A stretch of DNA of 32,432 nucleotides from an uncultured Candidatus Saccharibacteria bacterium (GTDB lineage: Bacteria; Patescibacteriota; Minisyncoccia; Phycocordibacterales; Phycocordibacteraceae): assembly GCA_964418065.1 (NCBI GenBank), contig CAYQJR010000003.1, forward strand, positions 1-32,432, written 5' to 3'. Below are positions 1 through 9,897 of this stretch, one piece after another (position 1 is the stretch's first letter; every line of letters starts with the position of its first letter). The translations under genes were made by a program, and so were the position numbers. Under the pieces are notes generated by a model, which had not been told where the DNA came from, searched no databases, and saw only the letters and a list, made by a program, of their open reading frames with translations.

Positions 1-1002
1 CCACTGTTCTTGGTGATACAGCGACGGGTCGTAATACTTGTTGAAGACGTAGTTGAATCCTTCTTGTCCCCAGCCGGTGAGCGGGCGCTCGGCGACCCCC
101 TGAAACGCCATGGACCAAATCGTGCGGCGCACTTTCAAGTCGTCCCAAGTGATAGAAGCCACGCGCTGCAGTGCATAACTTTCCTGAACAAAGGCCGACT
201 GGCGCGCGGCATAGAACGAGCCTATGAGCACGAGCAACAGAACAAGACCGGCAACCGCGTACCGCCGCGCGCGCGCTTCAGCCGTAAGCGCCGTCAGAAG
301 CGCAGCAAGACCGAGCGCGCCTATGAGCCCTACAATCGTTCCGCGTGTCCCTGTGAAGAAAATAAGTATGCCTTCAAGAACCGCGAGCGCAATCAGCGCC
401 CATCTAAGGAGCTTCCATCGCTCGGTAAGCGCGAGCCAGAGCGCAATGAAAACATTGAAGAGAAGGTAGATGGCGAGGTATGCGGAGTTCCCAAGTGTGG
501 CATCAATGCGCGTAGAACCTTGGTGTATCGCCAGAGACCCGTTCATCTGCAGGAGCGCATAGAGCGAGATGACGAACGAAACAGCAAGCGAAGTGAGAAA
601 CCACGCGCGCCACTTCTTCTCCGCGCGCAGCACGGCGCCGGCAGCGTAGAAGAATCCGAGGAGGTGGACAAGAAGTATCCAGCCCTCCATCCGCTCAAAG
701 TTGCTCCAGAAGGCTTTTGCCGCATTAATCGCGAACGCGTCCGCCACAAACATCCAGACGACAAATCCGACTACCGCCGCACCTATCCAGGAGAACCGCG
801 GGCGGTACTCCTTATCAAGACATGCGAGCACCGCCCACGCGACGACCGCAAGCTCCACCAGGATGCGGAAATAGAATGCCTTGCCGGTGATGAAGGGAAA
901 GAAATAGGAGTTCGCAACAAGGAGCGGAGTGAATGGAATAAGAAACAGCGCGCCGAGAGCCACCCACCGCGCGATTGTCTTGGTTACCCCTTCATTCGCC
1001 AT
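1..1002 (-). CDS. O-antigen ligase / O-oligosaccharyltransferase family membrane protein (WaaL/PglL, Wzy_C); 3' end lies outside the window
   Basis: Not in the ORF track because it has no stop in the window. Manual translation from ATG 1002 gives MANEGVTKTIARWVALGALFLIPFTPLLV...FPFITGKAFYFRILVE...AFWSNFERMEG...RIDATLGNSAYLA...FTGTRG...RRTIWSMAFQGVAERPLTGWGQEGF. Many TM helices plus the R-x-x-x-x-x-GN, T-x-TRG and R..IW..A......P..GWG motifs of the family. Confidence 0.85.
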   Translation of the reverse strand, partial: MANEGVTKTIARWVALGALFLIPFTPLLVANSYFFPFITGKAFYFRILVELAVVAWAVLACLDKEYRPRFSWIGAAVVGFVVWMFVADAFAINAAKAFWSNFERMEGWILLVHLLGFFYAAGAVLRAEKKWRAWFLTSLAVSFVISLYALLQMNGSLAIHQGSTRIDATLGNSAYLAIYLLFNVFIALWLALTERWKLLRWALIALAVLEGILIFFTGTRGTIVGLIGALGLAALLTALTAEARARRYAVAGLVLLLVLIGSFYAARQSAFVQESYALQRVASITWDDLKVRRTIWSMAFQGVAERPLTGWGQEGFNYVFNKYYDPSLYHQEQW

Positions 1003-1011
1003 AATGGGGCA

Positions 1012-1020
1012 ATAATACCA
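1012..1020 (-). promoter_or_regulatory. Extended -10 box TGG-TATTAT, 9 nt before the ligase ATG
   Basis: Minus strand reads TGGTATTATtgccccattATG; no SD. Confidence 0.55.
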
Positions 1021-1024
1021 CATC

Positions 1025-1057
1025 AATAAAACACCCCGCGGCGCGGGGCGTTTTATT
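1025..1057 (-). terminator. Intrinsic terminator, possibly bidirectional
   Basis: Minus strand AATAAAAC-GCCCCGC-gcc-GCGGGGT-GTTTTATT, a GC stem flanked by A/T tracts, about 15 nt after the stop at 1073. Confidence 0.8.
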
Positions 1058-1072
1058 ACCTCTTGCTGTGTG

Positions 1073-1945
1073 TTAGAAACGCCAACTGAAGATACCCCAC
1101 GCTTTCTTCTCACCCTGTGCCACGCTCTCTAGCCGCTCCTGCGCCTCTTGGAGCGCCGCGATTTGCGCCGTCAGCTCCGCTTGAATGTCCGTCGGGACAT
1201 TCGCCTGGCCGAGGAGTACCGTGAGCGCGTCAATGCGCTCTTGATTCTGCACCACTTCCTGCGAGATTATCTCTGCTGCGGTTTTGTCGCCGCCGAAGAG
1301 AATCTTTGTGAGAAATCCGCGCGAATGAATCTTGGCTTCGGCATTCGTTGTCGTTGCTGCGGAGTCATCTACCCTTCGTGCGATGTCCGATACTTGCGCT
1401 CCGATTCCGCCACCGAGCAAATCTCTGGAAGCAAGGAGTGCGTGCACAGCGACGCTCATTGACTTCGCGCCGTTAAAGAGTCTGCGGACCTCAGGGGTCG
1501 TGCTCGCTGCCTCATCATCAAGCATCGCGCGCCGTTCTTGAATCATCTGCTTCAGATGTTCAAGTGAGCGAGCTGACGTGCTTGTGCCCTTGCGGAGAAG
1601 CTCAAGGCGGCTCTTGAATGTCTCGCGCGCCTCCTCTCTCTGTTGTTTCGCATCCTCGCGTATCTGCTCCGCCTTTTGCTTCAGCTCTGCACGCTCATCT
1701 CCGCTTAGGGCGGCTCGGTCGGTACCGGAGGCAATCTCGACACGGCGCTCCTTCGCCACCTCGCGCACCTCTCCCATCTTCGCTTTGAACTCTGTCCGCA
1801 GCTGTTCCGGCGTCGGAGCAGCCGTCTCCGTGGTCACCCGGACGCTATCAACTGCAACCTCCTCCGCGGAAGCGACTGTTGTCAGGAATCCGCTCATCGC
1901 GAGTGCGGTCGTGAGCGCCCCTGCTGTATACAGATATTTATTCAT
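1073..1945 (-). CDS. Secreted or surface coiled-coil hypothetical protein
   Basis: Start moved to MNKYLYTAGALTTALAMSGFLTTVASA|EE, a Sec signal peptide with an AxA site. E/K/R-rich helical body, GGIGAQV motif and aromatic C-terminus WGIFSWRF. Confidence 0.75.
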   Translation of the reverse strand: MNKYLYTAGALTTALAMSGFLTTVASAEEVAVDSVRVTTETAAPTPEQLRTEFKAKMGEVREVAKERRVEIASGTDRAALSGDERAELKQKAEQIREDAKQQREEARETFKSRLELLRKGTSTSARSLEHLKQMIQERRAMLDDEAASTTPEVRRLFNGAKSMSVAVHALLASRDLLGGGIGAQVSDIARRVDDSAATTTNAEAKIHSRGFLTKILFGGDKTAAEIISQEVVQNQERIDALTVLLGQANVPTDIQAELTAQIAALQEAQERLESVAQGEKKAWGIFSWRF

Positions 1946-2026
1946 ATGACATCTAATGGCTAGTATCTTCCCAGTATACAGCACCGGAAAGGAGTGCAAC
2001 CTCCAGCCCTATACTAGGGTTATAAA

Positions 2027-2035
2027 TGCTACAAT
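2027..2035 (+). promoter_or_regulatory. Extended -10 box TGC-TACAAT upstream of wzm
   Basis: Near-consensus TGnTATAAT in the AT-rich divergent intergenic region 1946-2086. Confidence 0.55.
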
Positions 2036-2086
2036 ATCTACCTATACGGAATGGCGAAACGCTTCTACAACTAAGGCATTCTACCC

Positions 2087-2908
2087 ATGACTAGCGTTAC
2101 CGTTATCCGCCCCAAGAAGACCCTCTCGCTTGCTGACGCTACGGAACTCTGGCGGTACCGCGAGCTTCTCTTCTTCTTCGTGTGGCGCGACTTGAAAGTG
2201 CGCTACAAGCAGACCGCCGTCGGTGTCGCGTGGGCGGTCTTCCAGCCGTTTATGGCGATGGTGGTCTTCAGCGTCGTCTTCGGAAAGCTCGCCAATATGC
2301 CCTCCGACGGCGTCCCGTATCCTATATTCGTATACACCGGACTTCTCTTCTGGCAATTCTTCTCGTCGTCGCTCGGGGATGTGAGCGGGAGCCTTATCGC
2401 GAACCAAGCAATTGTGACCAAGGTGTACTTCCCGCGCCTCATCCTCCCGCTCGCGGTTATCGCGACCAATCTCGTTGATTTCTGCGTTGCGTCCTTGGTG
2501 CTGGTGGGGCTTATGTTCTACTACGGCTTTGTCCCGCACCTCTCGGGACTCCTCGTCCTCCCTCTCCTCTTAATCATCACCTACTTCGCCGCGCTCGGCG
2601 GCGGTCTCTTCCTCGCGTCTATCAATGTGAAGTACCGCGACGTGCGCTATATCCTCCCCTACTTCCTCCAGATGCTCCTCTTCCTTACGCCGGTTATCTA
2701 TCCTTCCAGCATCGCGGGCGCGTACTCCTGGATTCTCGCTATCAACCCGATGACGGGCGTTATTAAAGCCGCGCGGGCGACCGTACTCGGCACTGAACCC
2801 CTCAATTGGTTCTTGCTCGGTCTTTCTACCGTGGCGGTCCTCGTCCTGCTTGGTATCGGGGTTGTGATGTTCAAGAAGATGGAGCGCTACTTCGCGGACA
2901 TTATATGA
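2087..2908 (+). CDS. wzm: Polysaccharide ABC exporter permease (Wzm/TagG, ABC-2)
   Basis: ELWRYRELL...RDLKVRYKQTAVGVAWAVFQP, KVYFPR, YRDV, TPVIYP, NPM motifs; about 6 TM helices. Confidence 0.95.
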   Translation: MTSVTVIRPKKTLSLADATELWRYRELLFFFVWRDLKVRYKQTAVGVAWAVFQPFMAMVVFSVVFGKLANMPSDGVPYPIFVYTGLLFWQFFSSSLGDVSGSLIANQAIVTKVYFPRLILPLAVIATNLVDFCVASLVLVGLMFYYGFVPHLSGLLVLPLLLIITYFAALGGGLFLASINVKYRDVRYILPYFLQMLLFLTPVIYPSSIAGAYSWILAINPMTGVIKAARATVLGTEPLNWFLLGLSTVAVLVLLGIGVVMFKKMERYFADII

Positions 2909-4167
2909 ATGCTTCTAAGCCCATCATTGAGATAAAGAATCTCGGGAAGAAGTACGACATCGCGCACCAGCGCGGCGGCTATGTTGCTCTACGCGATGTG
3001 CTCACCCATGTCCTTAAACGCCCGTTCTCCTTCCTGCGCAGCAAGGCGAAGCAGGCCATCGGCTTGGAGAAAAAGGAAACCTTCTGGGCGCTCAAGGATA
3101 TTTCATTCACAGTCCAGCCGGGAGAGGTCATCGGCATTATCGGGAAGAACGGAGCGGGGAAATCAACGCTCCTGAAGATTCTCACCGGCATTACGCCTCC
3201 CACCGAAGGCGAGGCGATTATGCGCGGACGTGTTTCCTCGCTCCTTGAGGTCGGGACAGGCTTCCATCCGGAGCTCACCGGACGCGAGAACATCTTCCTC
3301 AACGGCGCCATTCTCGGGATGACACGGAGAGAAATCACGCGGAAATTTGATGAGATTGTGGAATTCTCCGGCGTCAAAAAGTTCCTTGATACGCCCGTGA
3401 AGCACTACTCAAGCGGTATGCAGGTGCGCCTCGCCTTCTCGGTCGCCGCGCATCTGGAGCCGGATGTCCTTATCGTGGACGAAGTGCTCGCGGTCGGCGA
3501 TGCGGAGTTCCAGAAGAAGTGTATGGGCAAGATGGAGGAGGTGACGAAGAAAGACGGCCGCACCATCCTCTTCGTGAGCCACAATCTCGCCGCCGTACAG
3601 CGTTTGTGCAAGAAATCAATTCTGCTTGAGGGCGGGCGCATCAAGATGGTCGGGAGTACGGAGGAAGTTATCCGCACCTATGTGGGCGAGACAGAGCTCA
3701 ACTCCATCGAGCAGTATCCGGTTGATAGCAAGAAAGCGGCGCAGATTACAAAAGTGGCGATAGTGAACAAAGACAAGAAACCGCAGGCGAAGATCCCCAT
3801 CACAGAACCGTTCTTCATTGAGATAGAACTGGCGGTAACCGCCGCAATGCAGGCTCTCCTAACCGCGGTCTTTTATTCTGGAGGCGAGGTGCTTCTCCTT
3901 TCGTCCGAGTCTGATGCGCGCGGCGCGCTCTTGGAGTACGCGCCCGGATCCTATAAGACGACTATCGCTGTCCCTGCCTTTCTCTTCAACGCGGGCTCGT
4001 ATCACTTTGACATACACTTCCATCATCCGGGGTTTGAGCGCTTTGACCACAAGCAAAATATCCGCTTTGAGATACTAGACATAGACAATCCGCGGTCAAG
4101 CATCTTCCCCGGCCACGAACAGGGGAAAATGGCGTCAATTCTTAACTACCAAACAAAGAAGATATGA
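2905..4167 (+). CDS. wzt: Polysaccharide ABC exporter ATPase with C-terminal Wzt_C-type domain
   Basis: ATGA overlap with the wzm stop. Walker A GKNGAGKST, signature YSSGMQVRLAF, Walker B LIVDEVLAVGD, H-loop VSH, then a beta-rich C-terminal extension. Confidence 0.95.
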   Translation: MNASKPIIEIKNLGKKYDIAHQRGGYVALRDVLTHVLKRPFSFLRSKAKQAIGLEKKETFWALKDISFTVQPGEVIGIIGKNGAGKSTLLKILTGITPPTEGEAIMRGRVSSLLEVGTGFHPELTGRENIFLNGAILGMTRREITRKFDEIVEFSGVKKFLDTPVKHYSSGMQVRLAFSVAAHLEPDVLIVDEVLAVGDAEFQKKCMGKMEEVTKKDGRTILFVSHNLAAVQRLCKKSILLEGGRIKMVGSTEEVIRTYVGETELNSIEQYPVDSKKAAQITKVAIVNKDKKPQAKIPITEPFFIEIELAVTAAMQALLTAVFYSGGEVLLLSSESDARGALLEYAPGSYKTTIAVPAFLFNAGSYHFDIHFHHPGFERFDHKQNIRFEILDIDNPRSSIFPGHEQGKMASILNYQTKKI

Positions 4168-4943
4168 GGATGCTTCTGCTTCATCACTTCGGGCTGGGCG
4201 ACCACTTCATGTGCCACGGCATCGTCCGCGAGTACTGCAAAAGATATGAGAAGGTCGCAATCTTCTCGCTCCCCCACAACTATGTCTCGGTGTCGTTTAT
4301 GTTCCGCGACCTCACGAACCTCACGATTATCAAAGGAGATGAGGCGTTCGCACGCGACTTCATCCGCCGTAATGAAACTGCCTCCGGAGCCGAGAAATAT
4401 GATGGGGTGAAGATTCTCGGATTTGAATACTTGCGGCGCTCGGGCACTCCGCTCGAACAGCAGTTCTACGACCTTGCAGGCGTGGACCTCGCGAAGAAGT
4501 GGGAGAGTTTCTATGTAGAGAGAGATTATGCGCGAGAGCGGGCGCTTCTTGAGAAAATCGCCCCCAAGGGAGACTATGCCTTCCTCCACGAAGACACGAC
4601 CAGGGATTTCACCATCAACAGGGAGAGGATACCCAAGCAGTTGGCTGTCTATGAATCAGATCCCGCACTTACCGACAACGCCTTTGACTACTGTATGCTC
4701 ATAGAAAAAGCGAAAGAAATCCATGTCATAGACTCCTCCTTTATGTTCCTGATTGACTGTCTTGTGTATGACGCTCCTAACCAGAAGCTCGTTGTCCACC
4801 GCTACGCGCGACCGAATCCCACCTGGAAACTGCCGATTCTTAAGAAGCCGTGGCGCATCATTATTCTTGCGAATTACACGACGGGGCTCTTCACCTATAT
4901 CCGGCGATGGCTCCACGCCGTTAAAGTCTCTCTATTTGACTGA
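4164..4943 (+). CDS. Uncharacterised GT9-like (GT-B) protein, paralog 1
   Basis: HHFGLGDH near the N-terminus and IHVIDSS near the C-terminus resemble GT9 GD and D(S/T)G motifs. ATGA-coupled to wzt; paralog at 19070-19771. Confidence 0.6.
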   Translation: MRMLLLHHFGLGDHFMCHGIVREYCKRYEKVAIFSLPHNYVSVSFMFRDLTNLTIIKGDEAFARDFIRRNETASGAEKYDGVKILGFEYLRRSGTPLEQQFYDLAGVDLAKKWESFYVERDYARERALLEKIAPKGDYAFLHEDTTRDFTINRERIPKQLAVYESDPALTDNAFDYCMLIEKAKEIHVIDSSFMFLIDCLVYDAPNQKLVVHRYARPNPTWKLPILKKPWRIIILANYTTGLFTYIRRWLHAVKVSLFD

Positions 4944-5504
4944 CGCTTGTTCAATATCGCGTCCAAGCAACAGGACGAAATTTGATATCGGATAGAATGC
5001 CGGTCGCTTGACCGGAATGACGCGGCTTGCAAGACCGTTTTCTTGAAAGAGTCTCTGCCACTCCTCGGCTGTACGGAATGAGAGCGGTATTGGCATAAAT
5101 AAATGATGTATTTTGTTCGCGCCCCAGTCGATGATACGAGCGAGCAACGTCGGATGGAGTTCAAATATAAGGACATTTCTACTCACCCGCAGGGCATCTT
5201 GAACAATCTCTATCTGCTGTTCGTAGGGCATGTGGTGGAGCATATCGTTAAGCATCGCGTAGTCGAACGAAGCATCTGCAAAAGGCAGCACCGTATCGGA
5301 TGCCATCGGGGTGAACGGGAGCGAGGTCTTGGTATATGCCATTCGGTCGGTGCCGACTATGTCGCATCCAGTACGCTCCTGAATAATCTCGGCGACGATG
5401 CCATTGCCACAGCCGATATCCAACACTCGTTTCCCTTTCGTGAGAAACGGTGCATAGGCATTGGCGATGATATTCGCGCGGTATCGTATAGTGCTATCCA
5501 TCAT
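4932..5504 (-). CDS. Class I SAM-dependent methyltransferase
   Basis: VLDIGCGNG, LPFADASFD, DMLHH. Confidence 0.9.
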   Translation of the reverse strand: MMDSTIRYRANIIANAYAPFLTKGKRVLDIGCGNGIVAEIIQERTGCDIVGTDRMAYTKTSLPFTPMASDTVLPFADASFDYAMLNDMLHHMPYEQQIEIVQDALRVSRNVLIFELHPTLLARIIDWGANKIHHLFMPIPLSFRTAEEWQRLFQENGLASRVIPVKRPAFYPISNFVLLLGRDIEQASVK

Positions 5505-5524
5505 AGAAATGAAGCGGGTTGGTG

Positions 5525-7417
5525 TTACGGTCGGATATGTCTTTGGAAAACAGTCTCGGGTTCCTCGTCCGCGAGACGGAGTGCGCCAGGAAGTATATCA
5601 TCTTTCTGCCGATAGATGCCCTCAAATATCTCTTTGTTGAACGGAAAGAATGGGAGGACCGACCCGACATATGAGAGAAGCGCAAATGAAAATCGCGGCA
5701 AAGGAACAAAGAGTGTTTTCTTCTTTGACAGACCCGAAATTGTGCGCACCACATATTCAAAGGAGACTGGTGTTGATGAACCGAGATATATCGTCTTGCT
5801 ACTGTAGTGTCTCGTTTTGTCTTCCGCGATGCCAGCGACCGAATCGCTAATAGCATCAACATCTACGAGCTCCGTGTTGAGGGGAGTATCTGACGGAAGA
5901 GGAAAGACGGGAGCGAGCCGTACCAGTTTATAGAGCATCGCAACCAAGCCCCGGTCTCCCACGACCAGACCCGGCTTGAGTATCGTGTAATCCAGTCCCG
6001 AGGTCCGAATCAATAGTTCGCCAAGCGCCTTTGAGAATCCGTATTTGCCTCGCGCAGGCGCCTGCGACGCAAGGAAAACAATCCTCTTTACGCCGGCCGA
6101 ACGCATAGATGAGATGAGATTAATGACTTCAAACACATTCGCCCGAAGATAGTCTTCCCATGACTTTCTTCCGTGCGCGGTTGTCAGCCCGCCCGCATAC
6201 ACCACCATCCGCTGGTCTTGCAAGAACTCTTTGAGGGAGATCGGGCGTGAAGTGTCACATTGTACCCGTTCAATGTTCGCTTCCTCAAGATTCTCAAGCG
6301 GCAACGGCGAATGATGAACCCCGCACCGGACCTGTAGACCCCTGCTGGAGAGTGTCTGTACAATTTTTGAGCCGATAAAGCCGCTTGCGCCGAGAACAGC
6401 GACGCTGTTGGTAAATGCGCCTTTCTCCAAGACAGGAGGTTCGGCAAACGGAGCCATTGACTCCATATCAAGAGCGTCAAGCGCGCTTGCGCCGTGCCCG
6501 ATATAGATGTCGCGGAACAGCGATTCTAGCTGGAGCGCGGGCGCTAGGCCAAAACGGCTCCCAAGACCAAAGAAAGACGCACAGGCATTATAGAAGAATG
6601 CAGGAAAACGAATTTGCCTAGCACGTATCCCCCGAGACTTTGCACAGTGCTCCACTAAGTCGCCGACCGAGAGGAGCGGTGAAGCGTTCACATCAAAGGT
6701 ACCCTCCAGGCGGGAGGAAACCGCTTTGGTGAGTGTGCGGGCGACATCAAGTACATGCACGATATGGGCGCGCCCCGGGAGATACGGTACCGGAATTACT
6801 TTTGAAATCGTAGTTAGGGACTGCACCGATTTGATTAGACCGAACTGCGACTCTTTGCCGTAGATGCTTGCAAAGCGCAAGATGAGGAGCCGATAGCCGA
6901 AGCGGTTCTGTTCCTCGTGGAGAACCTTTTCCGCCGCAAGTTTCGTGCATCCATAGGGATTAAGTTTCAGAGCCGTCTCTTGTCCGAACCGGTCAGCGAG
7001 AATACCGGTCGCTTCGGCCATGACGCTTGAGGCGAAAATAAAATGTGCGTCTTTGAGGCGCGTATCAAGCGCATGGATAAATATGCGAAGCGTCTCCACA
7101 TTGTCACGAAAAAGCCGTTCATTGCCCGACCATCGGTTGTTGTTCGCCGCAAGATACACGACTGTCTGTATCGGGCCGAGTGACTCAAGTGCTTCCCGGT
7201 ATGCGTCAACAGTTCCCCACGCCGGATACGGCAAAACTCTGACGCCGAGCCGCCGATATTCGTCCAAAAGCCGTTTCTCAACGATGCCGGCTCCCCCGAC
7301 ACGGACGGTATCTCCCTGCGGTATCAGGCAGACAACATCGGATGCCGGGACGGTTTTGACCAGTTTCTTAATCAGGTGCGCGCCCACAAAGCCAGTCGCA
7401 CCGGTGACGAGTATCAT
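5525..7417 (-). CDS. Tandem two-domain NAD(P)-dependent epimerase/dehydratase (extended SDR x2)
   Basis: Domain 1 has ILVTGATGFVG, ASS, YGCTK, LRFASIYG. Domain 2 has VLGASGFIG, YGFSK, ILKPGLVVG. Confidence 0.85.
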   Translation of the reverse strand: MILVTGATGFVGAHLIKKLVKTVPASDVVCLIPQGDTVRVGGAGIVEKRLLDEYRRLGVRVLPYPAWGTVDAYREALESLGPIQTVVYLAANNNRWSGNERLFRDNVETLRIFIHALDTRLKDAHFIFASSVMAEATGILADRFGQETALKLNPYGCTKLAAEKVLHEEQNRFGYRLLILRFASIYGKESQFGLIKSVQSLTTISKVIPVPYLPGRAHIVHVLDVARTLTKAVSSRLEGTFDVNASPLLSVGDLVEHCAKSRGIRARQIRFPAFFYNACASFFGLGSRFGLAPALQLESLFRDIYIGHGASALDALDMESMAPFAEPPVLEKGAFTNSVAVLGASGFIGSKIVQTLSSRGLQVRCGVHHSPLPLENLEEANIERVQCDTSRPISLKEFLQDQRMVVYAGGLTTAHGRKSWEDYLRANVFEVINLISSMRSAGVKRIVFLASQAPARGKYGFSKALGELLIRTSGLDYTILKPGLVVGDRGLVAMLYKLVRLAPVFPLPSDTPLNTELVDVDAISDSVAGIAEDKTRHYSSKTIYLGSSTPVSFEYVVRTISGLSKKKTLFVPLPRFSFALLSYVGSVLPFFPFNKEIFEGIYRQKDDILPGALRLADEEPETVFQRHIRP

Positions 7418-7458
7418 GCGGGTATCATAGCGTACGACCCCGCCAATTCAACCTCCGA

Positions 7459-8118
7459 TCAAATTCTAGACTTTTCGAGCTGTACGACAAACGAGAGTGC
7501 GAAGAGCCCCGGAATAATTCGTGCAAGGAGGCGGAAGATCCCGCCGAATAAAAAGGAATGCTCGAAGATGGTGTTGACGCGCATATTTCTCAAAGAAAGA
7601 TTCTCCCTCCGTATCATACTCTGCAGTACATCCTGATTAAACCAGTAGATATGTCCCTTGTGGGGGTGATTGTTCTCGGGAACCCTACCAAAGAGCACTT
7701 GCAATCGCGCCGCGATTGAATTGAAATTCGGAACGCTCACGATTACCCACCGTCTTGAGACGCGCGCGGCTTCTCTCAACAATGCTTCGGGAGCGTAGAG
7801 ATGCTCAAGCACATCGAGCGCTGTCACGATGTCAAACGCGTTATCAGGGAACGGCAGAGGGCCGCTGATATCTCCCACAACGACGTCATGCCCCTTCGCA
7901 CGCGCCTTCTCCGCGCCTTTCTCCGAAATATCAACACCTTTTGCCTCAATACCCTTTTCTTTCACCAGCGAGAGGAGGAGTCCATCACCGCAGCCGACAT
8001 CAAGCAGCGTATGCGCATCCTTCGTTCCCGAAACGAGCCCGAGAGCCGCCCGATGACGGAACGATATCTTTTGGTCATCACGCGCCCAGCGCTCGTTCTC
8101 AAATGCCGTGACGCTCAT
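7459..8118 (-). CDS. Class I SAM-dependent methyltransferase (MetW-like)
   Basis: Start at ATG 8118 (ATGA overlap). LLDVGCGDG, GVDIS, LPFPDNAFD, DVLEHL, SVPNF. Confidence 0.9.
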   Translation of the reverse strand: MSVTAFENERWARDDQKISFRHRAALGLVSGTKDAHTLLDVGCGDGLLLSLVKEKGIEAKGVDISEKGAEKARAKGHDVVVGDISGPLPFPDNAFDIVTALDVLEHLYAPEALLREAARVSRRWVIVSVPNFNSIAARLQVLFGRVPENNHPHKGHIYWFNQDVLQSMIRRENLSLRNMRVNTIFEHSFLFGGIFRLLARIIPGLFALSFVVQLEKSRI

Positions 8119-9167
8119 ATCTGTTGTGAAATTATAGCAAGGAGCTTCTGTATGAGTACCCTGTTGGAGCATTTCTCTTCATAGGCGGCGCGCGCATTCT
8201 TCGCTAGTGTCGCTCCGAGCTCCGGGTCGTCAATAAGGGCGGTTATCTTCTCTGCGAGATCGGCCGGGTCGGCGCGCTTCACGAAGAGGCAGCTCTCGCC
8301 ATCCGTAAGCAGCTCCCCCACTGCCGGTGAGTATGCGGTGACAAACGGGAGTCCCATATGCATCGCTTCAAAGGTTTTGTGCGGAATGGTCGTATCTAGG
8401 CGCGGACTGGACTCGAATTGGCCAAGCGCAACCCTCGCTTCGCACATCTTCTCCCGCAACGCCTCGTCGGACAGATGCTCATTGATAAAGACGACATTCG
8501 TCAGGTCTAGTTCCTTGATTTTCTTGCGCACCGCCTCGGCAAGGCGGTAATGGGTGCCGATAATACTGAAGGTAATGTCTGATCTGCTCTTTAACAGCTG
8601 AGCGGCCTCCAGAATATGGAAGATACCTGATTCTGGCGTGAGTCGTCCGCGGAAGAGAACTGTACTGCCCTTTCCCCCTGATTCGGGAGAGCAGTGAAAT
8701 ACCGACTCATCCACGCCAGTGTACAACACAGTGAATTTCTCCCGATTCCCGAACCGCCGGATGAAATACGCTTTCTGCGCCTCGCTCTCAAGCAAGACGG
8801 TATCGGCGAGGGTGACCGCGAGCCAGTCAATCATCCGATTCTTCAGGAGACGCCATGCGCTCGGTTCATGCGAGTGGCGCTCTGCGTCCGCAAGAGAGCC
8901 GAGCATGTCCGCAATAATCGGCCTCCGAGAAATGAGTTTCGCGAACGGGACGAGGATATGTTCCGGGTAACCGATAATAAGGGCGTCGTAGTGCGGTATC
9001 ACGGCGTGCTTCTTCCAGAGACGCCAATACTTGAGGAGTCCTCGGCTATCGTCCCGGCACTCTATGACCTGTACGCCCTGCGTACGGAGTCCATTGATAT
9101 AAATCTTGTTGCGGGAAAATACGGTTGCGAACATGCCCATGTAGCAGGCGGTGCGGGGGGCTTTCAT
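8115..9167 (-). CDS. Glycosyltransferase family 4
   Basis: VLFRGRL, IPHKTFEAMHMGLP, LFVKRADPADLAEKI..L; GT-B pattern. Confidence 0.88.
   Translation of the reverse strand: MKAPRTACYMGMFATVFSRNKIYINGLRTQGVQVIECRDDSRGLLKYWRLWKKHAVIPHYDALIIGYPEHILVPFAKLISRRPIIADMLGSLADAERHSHEPSAWRLLKNRMIDWLAVTLADTVLLESEAQKAYFIRRFGNREKFTVLYTGVDESVFHCSPESGGKGSTVLFRGRLTPESGIFHILEAAQLLKSRSDITFSIIGTHYRLAEAVRKKIKELDLTNVVFINEHLSDEALREKMCEARVALGQFESSPRLDTTIPHKTFEAMHMGLPFVTAYSPAVGELLTDGESCLFVKRADPADLAEKITALIDDPELGATLAKNARAAYEEKCSNRVLIQKLLAIISQQI
8131..8139 (-). promoter_or_regulatory. Perfect extended -10 box TGC-TATAAT inside the 3' end of the GT4 gene
   Basis: Minus strand TGCTATAATttcacaacagatATG, 12 nt before ATG 8118. 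Confidence 0.6.
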
Positions 9168-9889
9168 GAATCGCGGCGCCGCGAGAACTGGAGGATAGAC
9201 GCGAACATCCGCAGTGAGTCGGAGAAGAGCGAGACTTTAGAAGTCGGACTATCAATCCAGAGAATGTCTTCCTGATGGATGGTGAGACCGTGCTTGCGTG
9301 CAAGAGCGATAAGCTCCGTATCAAAGAAGAAACCATCCTCTTTGAGCTCCGGAGCCACCGTTTCATATGCCTTCCGCGATATCGCTTTGAATCCGCACTG
9401 ATGGTCATCTACCGCAGTCCGCAAGAACAGCCGCACCATGGCGTTGTAGATTCGCGAGGCGTACTTCCGAAATTTCTTGTCGGTTACTATCTTGGACCCT
9501 TTGCCCAACCGATTTCCGATAGAAAGGTCAGAGGAGCCTGAAGCTACGGCTTCCACAAGCGGACGGAAGGAAGCGAGATCAGAAGAGAGGTCTGCGTCCA
9601 TGAATGTCAGGATGTCGCTCTCCACCCTGTTCCAGCCCGTACGAACGGCATGCCCCTTCCCTTTTTCAACGAGCTTGAGAAGTACGACTTCGGGATGGTG
9701 AGATGCAAACTCCGTCACAACAGCTGATGTTTCGTCCGTACTTGCGTTATCTACCACAGTAATCCGATAGCGATACGGAAATCGCGTCTTCTCAAGGAAG
9801 GCGATAAGGGTGCCGAGCGATTGCGCGATGATCTTCTCCTCGTTGTATGTGGGAATGATAATCGCGACAGATGAAGGCGGTGACAACAT
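9164..9889 (-). CDS. GT2 polyprenyl/dolichyl-phosphate glycosyltransferase (DPG-synthase-like)
   Basis: IIIPTYNEE, VDNASTD, GKGHAVRTG, FMDADLS, DHQCGFKA, FFDTE. Confidence 0.9.
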   Translation of the reverse strand: MLSPPSSVAIIIPTYNEEKIIAQSLGTLIAFLEKTRFPYRYRITVVDNASTDETSAVVTEFASHHPEVVLLKLVEKGKGHAVRTGWNRVESDILTFMDADLSSDLASFRPLVEAVASGSSDLSIGNRLGKGSKIVTDKKFRKYASRIYNAMVRLFLRTAVDDHQCGFKAISRKAYETVAPELKEDGFFFDTELIALARKHGLTIHQEDILWIDSPTSKVSLFSDSLRMFASILQFSRRRDS

Positions 9890-9897
9890 GGGTGCCC

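Noticed and set aside
10-1029. 339-aa plus-strand ORF
   Set aside because: Antisense shadow of the minus-strand ligase gene. Its R/E/K-rich composition mirrors hydrophobic codons and it has no recognisable motifs.
2051-2074. Mini-ORF MAKRFYN* in the wzm leader
   Set aside because: Only seven codons, no SD or attenuator structure; expected by chance.
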